From the NCBI GenBank assembly GCA_000708835.1, contig DF237198.1, forward strand, positions 57,852 through 121,851: a stretch of 64,000 nucleotides of DNA. The letters run 5' to 3'. The translations under genes and the position numbers were made by a program. Under the pieces are notes generated by a model. The model worked only from the letters and a program-made list of their open reading frames with translations, was not told the DNA's origin and ran no database searches. Below are positions 39,068 to 50,600 of the stretch, piece by piece. This stretch comes from Klebsormidium nitens (taxonomy: Eukaryota; Plantae; Klebsormidiophyceae). Every line of letters begins with the position of its first letter. The first letter of the stretch is position 1.

Positions 39068-42000
39068 ATGGAAGCAAGTGCTCAGCTCTTTGTCCGTTCA
39101 GATGGGAAGCGAATGTGCTTTTTCCTGCCCCCATCTGGTGAGGGTCACTGCCAGCTTGCAAGCATAAACATGGGATCTCATTCATTTGCTATGAATTGTC
39201 TGGCTACATTGCAAGCTGCTTGTTTGAAGCTGGGCTGGACTTTTGACTGCAATGTCTCCTCTAATGCTGATTGAAACTCGTACATCAAGGATGCTGGACT
39301 GACTTTTCCTATGTTGTTGATCATAGTGCGGGACAAAGATGGGGTGGTCCGGAAGCAAGTCAAGGAATTGGTGGAGAATTACGGTGGGAGGTTCAGAACC
39401 CCAAGCCTAAGATTGCCTCAGGACGACGTGGTGATTCAGTTGGTTCATGTCGGCGATGCTGGGAATGAGAAAGCATTGCAAGCTGCGAAAGCACGAGGCG
39501 AAAAGGTTGGGCATCCTTTCGCGTTTTGGTTGCATCATGGCTTTTGCAAGTGCAGGTTTGTATCGGCTTTGGCAATGCCAGGTGTTCAATAAAGCCTGCC
39601 TTGTCAGAAACGTTTTGCTTACATCAATGTTGTCTTCCCCCAGTTAATAGACCATTTGTCATTGATAAAGGTCAGTATCGTCGTTATGTGGGGAGAGGAT
39701 TCGAGAGATTGCTGACGTTCTGCTGACAGTCTTCTCTGTGAATCTGCTTTCAGCTGTACTTTTGTACATATGTCCTGGACAGCGTCAAGAAAGGGATACT
39801 ACTGGTAAGCCAGAAAGGTTATCCACTCCATGGACATGGAGACTTCTCTTGATAGTACAAGTCGTTCAAAGGAGTGTTTTAGTTGATCAGAGGAACTGGA
39901 ATTCTGAGGTTGATACTCTTCAATTGAATCTTGTTAATCGCTGCCCTTTCAGTCAATCTCCAGCTTTGTCATCTCTTCTTCCTGTGGCCGTTGTTATTTC
40001 ACTCTGTCTTCATCACTGTTGGCTCCCCTCTCCCTTTTTAATCAACTTTGCTCTTTGCAGAAATCGGAGGATTATGAGGTGCATCCCCCTCCCCCATCGG
40101 CCGGTCCTAAGCGGACTTACCACCACTGGACTCGAGAGGAAGATAAAGCCATTTTAGAGTATGCATCTAAAAGGTACGGCCTTTGTTGATTAAGTTGAGA
40201 ATGCCTCAAGTAGACCGGGGCGCATTTGCTTGCACGAAACCCTCAGAGCCCTAAAACCCTAAATGGTTCAAGCAGAAGAAGGATTGTTTCCTTCAGGAGG
40301 AAAAGTTGAAAAGCGCACGAGTTTTCTTATAATCACAATCCCCAGAGCTCTTCTGAAGCACTTGGTCGGCCTCAAAATTGTGCGCACCCTCAAACACCAA
40401 AACCCTAAATCATGTTTTTGCTCACTGACGAACTTGCAAAATCAAGCATAAAGTGTTGCAGACACGTCAGCGCTTTGATTGCCGCTGGGTTTTTTGGTGT
40501 CGCAGTATCTTGGCACGAAGGGGTGACATCTTCTGGCAGGAAGCAGAGCGTCAGAAGGTGAGAAAGAATCCAGATCTCCCTCCTGCTTGATCAGCTGCAA
40601 TCCAATTCAAGAAAGCGCGCCCTTAAGTAGCATCGTCTCTCTATGTGACTCGATTGTCACAAAGCCAGGCGATTTTGGCGAAGACCATCTCCTTATATCG
40701 TCTATCTGCTTGGACCGTAAAACGGCTCTTACTATTTTCCTCCTAGAATGTTCTTTCCTCTAAGTGAAACAATAGCAACAATCTGTACATACACTAACTT
40801 CACTTCTTTCTGCCTCGAACTGACGCCTGTCTCTGTAGTCCCAGCTAAAGAAGCGAGAACTATCGCCTGCCTCTTTGCATTGCAGGTCACCCCGCACAGT
40901 TGGCAGGCCATGAAAGAGCGCTACAACAAGTATCTCGCCCCTGCTCAGAAGCCCAAGGCCAACGCCCCACCTGCCGGACACCCCCCAACAGACCTTGCGC
41001 TGAGAGCTGGATCAAGCCAGCCTCACCTCCCAATCACCCCTAGCGCAAACGAGCATGCGGTTACGCCTGGCCCGGCTGTCGAGAAGCAAACGGCTGGGAG
41101 TGCTAAGCAGAGTCAGAAAGCGGGGTCTGAGGGTCCCAAGCAGCGGGAACGTGAGCAGGAAGTGCAGGCAGTTAATTCAGCAGCCACACCTGGGGCAAGA
41201 GTGCCGGAGCCGTCTCGGGGGGGACCAAAGAACGGGCTTACGGATGCCGGTCAAAAACAGCGGGAAGCAGGACAAGAGGCTGTGCCTGTTCATGGCCCCT
41301 CAGTCAACGAAACCGCCCCTCGAAAACCGCAAGGGAAGCAGCCTTCGGCTAAAGCGGTTCCTGAGCTTGCGCAACAAAACCAAACCCCTCTCCAGGCGAC
41401 CTCGCACCCGAAACCGGGCCAGAAGGCTCCACTTTTGTATACCAGCCAGGCAGATAAGCTGCAAAAGCAGCCCCTGGGGAAAAGTGAGCGAGCCCCTGCC
41501 CAAATACCCCCCAAACCGCTTCAGAAAGTCCCTCCTCCGGGTGCTAACCAGCCAGCCGAGCATCCACAGAAGGCCCCCGAACCGAGTCCTGTCCCAACCG
41601 CCCGACCACTCCCGCCCAAAACAAGTCAGCCCGCCCAATTGCTCACATCTTCGCACGGTGCGGCCGTGCTGAGGGCCCCCCCAAAAGCTGCACTTTTGAA
41701 GCCGGTTCCTGTCCAGATCCTTGGCGCGGCAGCGGCTGTGCGGGAGCGGGCGCACAGGGACGAGGTGGGGGCTGGGCAAGCTCCTACGGTTCCGCGCGAG
41801 GCTCCCTTCACCCAGGCCCCGGACTTGGAGTTCACCGTGCCAGAGACACCCCCGGAAACGTGGGACGGTTCTCAGCGAGAGGAGGAAGCATTGGGGAAGC
41901 CAGCAGAATTTGAGATGAATGAAGGTGATCAACAGAGGGTCGCGGCTGTGGAGCGTAGGGAAGGCAGCGGCGGTTTGGAGGAGGCGAGAGCGAGAGAAAG

Positions 42001-42901
42001 AAAGCGTGCGAGGGATGATGTAGGGGCCGGGGCGGCAGCAGCACCGGGAGTGGTAGGCGGTGCCAAGAAGCAGCGGATAGAGGCTCAGAAACCCTCTGCG
42101 AAAGGAGTCCTGCCAGGCTCGCCTCGTGAGGAACTGTGGTTTGATGTCTTGCCACCTGTTAAAGAACAGGAGCGTCACGCAGATGGAGGGGACGGCGCTC
42201 AAGCAGGAGTCGGACCATCGAATGCAGCCCCTGAAGCCAATAGCCGCCTGCCAGCTGTCACCGCAAAGGGGCCTTCCGACGACAGACATAGAGGACGAGG
42301 AGCCGATCTGGGGGGAAGTATAGAGATGGGCGAAGCCGGACAGCATCAACGAGAGCCTGACGGGGAGGTCGGACCTGCAGAAAAAAGCGGGACCGTAGGC
42401 GGAGAGAACGCTGAAACAGGTCGAGTCGCAGAGATCAGAGGGGAGGGAGGGCGCGGAGAGGATAGAGCCTCCCAGGGCCTGACAAAGCAGTTAGAAGAGA
42501 CAAAGCGGCGGCGTTTACGAAAAGCAAACGGGGAGCTGGTCGGGGAAGCCAAGAGGCGCGGGGCCGAGCCACCGCCCGCCCGACCGTCCGATGTGCCGCC
42601 AGAGAGGGTGGCCGTGATCCGGTCGTGGGTGGCGGACTTCGTGAAGCAGTACGGTTGCAGCCAGGATGACATCATTGCAAAGGTGATAGAGGCGTCCGGC
42701 GACTTCGAGGCTGCACGACCGTTGCTTGATCCACGGAGTCGGAGCGCTGCGAAGGGCCCTGTTTGGAGTTTAAGAGAGGACCATGTGCTTTTAACACAGC
42801 CGGTAGATGAGAGAGATGTGCACCCCGAGTACGTCAACCTTCGAGAGGTTTTTGGGAGTACTGCAGTGGAGAGCAGACTGACATTTCTGGGACGGTTATG
42901 A
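39068..42901 (+). CDS. RAP1: Telomeric RAP1/TERF2IP homologue: BRCT - single Myb - long disordered linker - Rap1 C-terminal (RCT) domain, ~826 aa
   Basis: Exons 39068-39137, 39327-39505, 39754-39804, 40061-40173, 40506-40557, 40886-42901 (2,481 nt, in frame). BRCT: QLFVRSDGKRMCFFLPPS...RKQVKELVENYGG...LYFCTYVLDSVKKG. Myb: RTYHHWTREEDKAILEY...RGDIFWQEAERQKVTPHSWQAMKERYNKYL. RCT: IIAKVIEASGDFEAA...GPVWSLREDHVL...LREVFGSTAVESRLTFL. All three match human TERF2IP motifs as I recall them, in the same order. Confidence 0.9.
40249..40409 (+). repeat. Telomere-type repeats in RAP1 intron 4
   Basis: Tandem CCCTAAAA-CCCTAAA at 40249-40263 and AAAACCCTAAA at 40399-40409. Confidence 0.7.
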
Positions 42902-43761
42902 TAGAAAGAACCAGGAGTTTACTACTCACTGCACCCTGACGAAGGCCAAGCTCTGTAGCGTCCATTTTCGTTGCACCTTCGACGATGCCACATTGGCTTT
43001 CTCAGTACCAATAATTGCAATTGGCAATTAGTTGTGAGCTAGCAACCGACTCTTCAGATCAAAAATCGACGCCACAAATGTGCACGTCCTTCTCATGAAT
43101 CCCATTATGAATCCCATTGAAGCTCCCGCGGCCCTTACAGTACAGGAATGATCGGTCTAAGGGTATTCGTCGGCCATATACCAGCTAATCTACGTTTCAG
43201 ATGACGATAAGCAGACGGCCGGAGACGTACGTTGCAATTCCATTGAAAACGTGCAAGCTGCATTTGCATTCGCTCATGATTGATGGCCGCGCTGAGTGAC
43301 GAGTCATGCAGCTAGGAACCGAACCGCAACTCACGCATGTACTCCTATGTCATGATGCAACCACGTACTGCTGCATATGAGCAGCTCGATCCTTGATGCT
43401 GCCATGATCGATTCGAATCTAGCTTCCGAGGCGTCAGCAATGACATAGCAAACTTATGGACTCGTTCACGGTTGCATCGGCTGCTGATTCCAAAGCTTAA
43501 GATATGTTTGCGAGGCCGGCCGATCACTGGCACTAAGAAAAATAAACCTCGCCTAAACGGTTCGCGCGCACCACACACATCCAGCTCATGAATAGTGGAC
43601 TAAGACTGGTTCTTGAAATATTACGGGTCTTTGTGTTCTTGATTTGCCCCTGCACTATTAAATCCAGCTACACCCAAGTCCCTCGACCGTTTTAGCTGAA
43701 CACGGCCGCAACCAAGCCGGTGTACCCTTTGGTTAAAATAACCTAGCTTGATTGCAGCGCC

Positions 43762-45967
43762 TCAAGATTTACAGGCCGGCAGGTCGCCAGCGCTTTTCTC
43801 TGCAGGCGTCATCCTCCGGTAAGCAGCAAAGAAATCATTAGATCCGGGCCACTGTGGGATCTCCATCCTATGGTCCATCACCCATTCAGTGGATCGCACT
43901 CCGTCCGCGGTGGCCTGCTCCCCAACCCAGAAGATGACGTCACCGGTGTACCCTTGCAGGTACGGCCTCATGACGCCCTTGGGCCAGCTGAAGAAGAGTG
44001 CACGCTTTTCGGCGTTGGCGACGCTGACGTAATCCGCTGCGTCTGCGTCTTGAATGTCGAAGTAAAGCGGGCGCTGCGCCTACAAGGGGACAAGACGAGT
44101 AAACTACACTCCATTGGTTATTGCCAGTTGCAAGAATACCTTTCAGGAATTCCTTCTGGACGATTGCGAAGCTTAAAATCACATCCTTGCTATTTCCGGC
44201 CTTCGGCCAGCTGGTCCACAGCACACTGTATTCCAACCAAGCTCGTAAGTGCTCGCCTCTGCTGGGCTAATATAGCAGTTCGGTCAACTCTGAACACACG
44301 ATCTGCTGGGGAATGTGGGATAAACGAAAAAGTTTCCAGCGCTCTTCCCGCCTTTCCCGTGCGTTTTCGCTGCTTCGCTTACTCGATTTTAAGTGATAAC
44401 GTTACCGTCACGAGTCATTGAGAGTTAACAGTGAGCGAAGCAAGAGATTTCATGATTGCTCTCGCTTGCGAAGCCAGATCACTAGTTCGTTCCTCGATGC
44501 TTGGCGACTGAGTACCGCCCATCTCTCGCCAAGAGTGCGTGAAGGATGCAAAACATATACACCCACCTCCAAGCGAACCTCCGGAGAGTCCTCTTCGCTC
44601 ACTTTGCCCTGTCTCGGCCACCACGAGAAGTTGTCCACCGCTTTGACGTCCGCACCCAACCCTGCCAAGAGCGCGCTCCAGTACCCGGTTCCCGCACCCA
44701 CGTCCAAGATGCGGCCGCCGGGCGCGGTCTGGACCATGTACCGGAGAACGGGGAGCGTCGGTACGGACCAGGCGATTTGCTGCCGGATGGCATCAAATGC
44801 CAGGTGGTTCGCAGCATTTCGGATCGGATGGTTACACGCTATAAACGTTGGCGATAGAAGAATGGCCCTGCAAGAAGTACGATTTTGAGGGAGCGTTAGG
44901 AGAACGTCTTCAGAGGGTGATACGGTGCACTCTCTGACCCATTTTCGAATCATGCAGATCTTGAACGGTCTATATAATGACTGGATTAATTTGGCTCTGA
45001 ATTCCTTACAGATGAATCCGTGCAAAGATGGGTAACCAAGGACTACCGACGGAAGAAGCTTTGTCAACGTGAAAGATCTGGAGCCTTTGAAGAGCTCTAG
45101 CAGGTCTTCCTCATACTCAGGCAGCTTGTAAGGTGACGTTGAAAGCAGCAACTTCACTTTTATAGAAGTGAGCATATAGGAGATATTCTCCTCACAAAAG
45201 AAAAAAAGAGGGTGGTAGCAATCTTGATTGTGCTTCGGGCTATTCTTCAGCACCTGAACGGACTTCTATCTGAGACGCATCGAATTGACCTTCGATTCTG
45301 CGTTGAGGTGGGCGTGAGCACACCATGAAGATGGTAAGCATGCGTAATCAGAGCAACGGAATCAGGGGGCTAAAGACGTGAATGGTGCATCAAGGCGCAT
45401 ACTGCATCTCAGTCTGCCTCCTCTCGAATGGCAGCAGCTTATTGCGCGAGAAAGCACCGCGAATCAAGTGGCTTACCGTGCCCAGGGGAGCCAGAATCTC
45501 TCCAGCACCGGATTAAAGCAGTCAGTCCCGGGGATGACGGGTGGAAGTTCCTCTTCGTCTCCCAAGAGGACCTTCATGAATTTGTCATGCTCTTCTTTTC
45601 TTGCGGGCTCATCTTCGACCCGTTCACTGTATAAGCGTCCCGAAGACCAATCCTGTATCTGCCTGTCATTCCAGGAATCCTTGAAGTATGGCAGCCAGCT
45701 CTCTAAACTTGGAAAAACGTACCGCTTGCGGACATCCAGAACCGCCGAGAGGAGCAAAGGGTTGGGACAAACATAGCACGGGGGCCATGCTGACGCAAAA
45801 GCAGGCTCTTGTAATGATTCAGCTCTCTGCACGTGATTGGAACGGGTAGGTGAAGAGCTCTGTTCAAGATCTCTTCCATCGGTGCTGGCGATCATAGGCA
45901 TTCCGTGGAGGGCAAGTTCTGTCGCTCCTGGGTGCCCGGCCTCGTTGCCATCCTCTAAGACATCCAT
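43762..45967 (-). CDS. Uncharacterised class I SAM-dependent methyltransferase-like protein, ~357 aa
   Basis: Exons 45967-45477, 44867-44603, 44079-43762 (1,074 nt, in frame). Motif I RILDVGAGTGYWSALLAGLGADVKAVD preceded by IAWSVPT, then RALFFSWP...YTGDVIFWVGE and IPQWPGSND. Confidence 0.8.
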
Positions 45968-47685
45968 TGCTTGCTAAGTATAGCTCAAATTCTGTCTCAT
46001 GGGAGGTCCAGACAACCGTCCAGTTATTGAGTCTATCGTTTTCTTAGGACCAAGATTTGAGGCGTTGAGATGCTAGCCTTTCTGCAGCGGATTCCTGGCG
46101 CAGGCAGCTGCTCCTTTTTTTTGATTTTCCTCTATGATTACACAAGCCCTACAATTAGATTCTTTGATTATACTGCCCTCCTGATCAACTGACCATTTTT
46201 GCAGGTTGAGCCTTCCTCCTCGACTTAGTTGGTATTCAGAGTGAGTACGGGACGCCTTGCGAGATGTGCAAGTTGACTACAGATACATCTTATGTTGCTT
46301 TCTGGCGCAGGACCAGAAGCGATGAGCAAGCTGGCGTCAAAAAAGCCATGGCGGGTTATGCAGACCGAGCATCTGTCTTGTCACGAAGTCTTTGCTGTTG
46401 GCGCTTTGCATCACAGGTAAAATGCTTATGATTACGCAAGTGATGTGACCTTTCGCCCAACTCGTCAAACCTTGGCCGCTTAATCAGAGTCCTGATTTGA
46501 ACGATTCAGAACCTTGGTTCGTCCGATGGCAAGACCGTCAGTTCCGTGTGTGAGAATTAAACGCGGGTCTCCGCTAAAGAATGAGGTACACTTCCGGCGG
46601 AGCTTCCGGCGCCGCACCATGCACATCAGCCGTATTCACCGGCACTCTGCGGAGCCTCTCATGTTGCAACATGCTCATGATTACGTAGTTGGTGAGTGGG
46701 CGGCCATGCTAGGAAGGAGATGCAATACCAAGCGCCTAATACTGCTCCATGTCTCTTACTTGGGTCAATTGGAAATTCGAGTTCAGTCATGTCCGGCCAT
46801 TTACAATATGCTGTCTATACACTCACCTGTCAACCTAAGTTATCCGGAGGTTACATGCACGACCGTCGACGCCTCGAGGGTTTGAAAGGTTTATCAAGGA
46901 AGGGCGGCCGCGCCCGAGCGCGCGTAGCCCCATCCTTTTGCGACAAACTCGTGATATTTCAAATTCGTCACACGCGCATGTCAGCATGCGAGTGCACAGA
47001 AGCCCATACGATGGCGTTATCATAAGATCGCTTCCGCAAAGATTCACATATTTTCCGACGAGTCGGCTTTATAATCCCATCATTGCCTGGGACGGTTGAT
47101 GCGCGCAAGACATTGATAAGCTACGCGCCCATGACCTGAAAAGTTTACGCATCGCGCCCGACCATCACCATTTTCAAGTGATTATTGTATGCATGACTGC
47201 TTGATCTGCATGATTGCACCACGGACGCAAATCGATCGAATCGTAGATTGTGGAGCTAGGTTTTGCATGCTCAAACCGGCCCTCATATAAGCTGTTGAGC
47301 TAGCCGCAATATATAGCAAAGGACCTACCAGTGTTAAATGTCTCGTCAATACTTGGAAGTATCTCTGAGCTTCCGCTACATACTCTCTTCTACGCTGCCA
47401 CAGTCCCGAAACTTAACACTGAAAGCTTGTCAACAGGTACTCATCATCTGTATAAGTCCGTCAGAGCGAGGAGGTACGGTGAAAGTATGCCAGGCTTCCC
47501 TACGTCATCTCGTCATCTTTTGACGACTTTGCAACAGTCGGCTGGCTCGCATTATGCGGTACCTTCTGCGCCCGCAAAAGCTGTACACTCTACCCTACAC
47601 CTAGATATCCAACGCAAACTTTGTTAGCCACCCGTATAATAAGTTAGTTCGCACGCATCCTAGCCCCATGCACAGGCCGCCCTAG

Positions 47686-50600
47686 TTACCGCGGCGTAAG
47701 ACCGCCAAAGTCGAAGTTCTGGGGTTTCGCGGCCGACGCAGCCGTCGACGGCCTGCTCGCGACCGGGAGGTTCGGCAGGGGCGCGTTGCCGCCCGGGTGC
47801 CTGCTCGGTTTCCTCAGAACGCCCGAGCTTTCCGCTGCGTACGGCGACCGGTAGAGGAGCCCGGACGAGCTCCTGCCGCTAGGGCGCCGGTTCTTCTGGC
47901 CGCCGTCAACCGACCCATCTTCGCTGCTGGCAACCGGGGACGTCGTGCCCGGGCGGCGGCCCGCTAGGCTCTGGGAAGTTTGGGGCCGAGTGCCGTTAGA
48001 GGACTGGAGGGCGCTCCGGGGGGTCATGATCAGGCGCCGAGGTGACGTGGCAGGCTCCTCTGCAGAGAAGGAAGCGGAAAATTAGACTGCTGAAATGTTG
48101 AGCAACTTCGTGGCACTGGAACAGATTCCCTGGCTTACGATGACCGACTGGTTATCGTGTTTTATGAGTCAATCGACCTTCTAAGTCTCAAAAACCAGAA
48201 CCAAAGTCTCGTGGTTCGACAACCTAGTTTGTCGGAAATCCGATCAGACTCGTCGGAAAATTGCCAGATCGAGTCAAAATCTGGTTCTACTGCAAGGTGG
48301 AAAATCTCGGTGGCACTTCTTGGATCCAAAAGCACTCGCGATTGTTGATAAGCACAATTGAGTCAAAGTGAGCACAGACAGGAACATCTTCCTCTTCCAT
48401 AGCCGGGTGCACTTTCCGGAACGAAACCGAAGGCCACCCACCTTCCTTGCCGGCCCCCGCGGGGCCCACTTGCGGCGACCCGTCCAGCTGGCCCCAGACC
48501 TCCATGCTGACGTTGTTGACGCGCGGGGTCGCCGTGAAGGGGCGCCCGTTCTTCTGCAGCGGCACGAAGGGCCCCGGGCGCTTCTCGGGGAAGAAGCCCA
48601 GGTCCGGCTTGGTGCCGAGCACTGTGTCAAAGGCCGCGAACGTGACGAAACCGGTCTGTTCGGGGTCCAACCTGGGGGAAAGGAAAAGGAGGGGGCGATC
48701 GAAACAGGTTCGAAGAGCCAGGCAAACCAGGGTATTGTCCATCTGTGCTCGAAGGGCCTCGCAATGAAAATGAACGATGCAACAGCTTTCACGAACCTGG
48801 CAGGGGCTGGCACGGAGGATTTGTCTCAAGGCTCCAGGACTTGTGGTTGGCTCCGGTCTGAGAGATGGGCACCAATGTACCGAACGGGAGCGGTCTCGGC
48901 CCGTCCGATAAAAGCAAGCACTTCTCCAGGGAGTAAAGCCCGATGGAAGCAAGAAGGTGACAAGGGAGCTGATGCAGGGAGCCAGGTGAAAGCCCTCGAG
49001 GCTGAATCGCCGGTGAAAGGTTGCCCGAATCCGAAGTAACCCGCCAGCGACGGTAATTTTGCGATCGTAAGCAGAACGTAATCACCGGTGGTCCGGAAAA
49101 TGGCGGGTCGATGTCTACCGGTGCATTGCCTGGTCAACCTACTATTCCGTCAGCGTGATGTCGCCGAGGCCGGCAAAAGTTCCGCGTTCCAAGGGGCTAG
49201 ACTCACTTGGCAAGCAGCTCCTGCTTCTGGCTGGCCGTCAGCCGCATGTTGAAGTTCTGGAAGGCCCGGCTGACGTCAGCGTGGTCCAGCTTACCGCGTC
49301 CGGTGACGTCGAAGTGGGCGAAGGCCATGCGCATGTCCTGGAGTTGGGGACCCCGGAACATCAGCGGACAGGCATGACGTCACGTTGTTGAACCTTAGTA
49401 ATCTGAAGACCGCCCGGGTGAGCACGTAATCCCCAAAAAGTGAGCTCAACGGCAGCGGGAGAACTTGAGAAGCCGTTATGTCAAAGTAGCAGACGTGTAC
49501 AGAACCCGCGTTTTACGGTAACATTTTCTCCAGTTGCATCATTGCAGACTCACAACATAGGTAACAAAGGCATTAAAGTGACAACAGCAGAGGCAGCCGC
49601 GCGCGTACCTCTTGCGGGCCTCGCCCGTGGAACCTGCCGGCCACCTTCTCGTTGAACATCTCCGCCACCTGGGCGAGGGTCATTGGCCGCTTGCCGCTGA
49701 CCAGCGCGGCCGCGCTGCCGCCCGCGCGCGCGCCCGCCGGCCCGTCGGCCGGGTTTCCGAACCCAGCCATCAGGTCGCGCGGCACGTGCAACACTTCGCG
49801 CGCCACCGCGCGGTCCGCGGCCGCGCGCAGCTGCTGCGCGAACTGCCGGACGTCCAGCTTGCCGTCCGCGCTGGCGCGACACGTGTCGGCCATCAGTTGC
49901 ATGGCTTCGTCATCCAACGGCAGGTGTTTGTCCGCGCACGCCTTCCGGATGCTCTCGAGGGACAGCCGAACGGACGCTTCTGCGCCGTTCGGGTGTGGAG
50001 GGGCCGCCGCTTCCCGGAACGCCTGCTCGTAGAACTCCAGCCGCTTGCTGGATTCCGCTTGCATCTTCTCGGCTCTCCGTTGGGCCATCTGGACGGACGG
50101 AACAGGTTTCAGTATGGTGGAGCGCTACTGGTGACTGAACATGCCAAGTTGAAGGGCCGAAAGAACCGCAAGCTTCAGTCTCCGGCAGGGGCGGGAATAT
50201 CAAGATAACAGCGAGTATCAGATCTATATCATGCTTCTTCGTTCGTAGGCTTTATCTCTACATGGTCTGGAACGGTTCCTTATAGAGAGACTCTCCGCTT
50301 CCCGACATGTTACTGCCCTTCCAGCAGGGCGAAGTGGGTCAATAATTCACAGAATGAGCTCGACAAGAAGATTCTAATAGATTGAAATCAAAAAGTCCAG
50401 CAGCGGTTGGTGCCTCGCCTGTTTCTTTGTCTCGAACTCCGGGGGCATCAGCTTGTCAATGAACTCGTAGTAGTCGATCACGCCGTCGCCGTTGGGGTCG
50501 TACCGCGCGAGCAGTGCAGCGTATTCGTCGGGGCTCGGGTTGATGTTGAACGTGCCCAGCATCTGAGCAAATAAGCGAGCGACGTCAGAATCTGAGTTCA

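Noticed and set aside
40748-40885. ORF-track start of the 717-aa RAP1 ORF
   Set aside because: A pyrimidine-rich intron end; the true exon begins after ttgcag at 40886, which completes the Myb domain.
44868-45476. ORF 44450-45253 extending the methyltransferase upstream
   Set aside because: Splice phase fits a direct join of 45477 to 44867; the upstream part is an intron that happens to stay open.
46514-47627. Short plus-strand ORFs (46514-46885, 46696-47025, 47331-47627)
   Set aside because: No recognisable domains, codon bias or convincing splice pairs; not called as genes.
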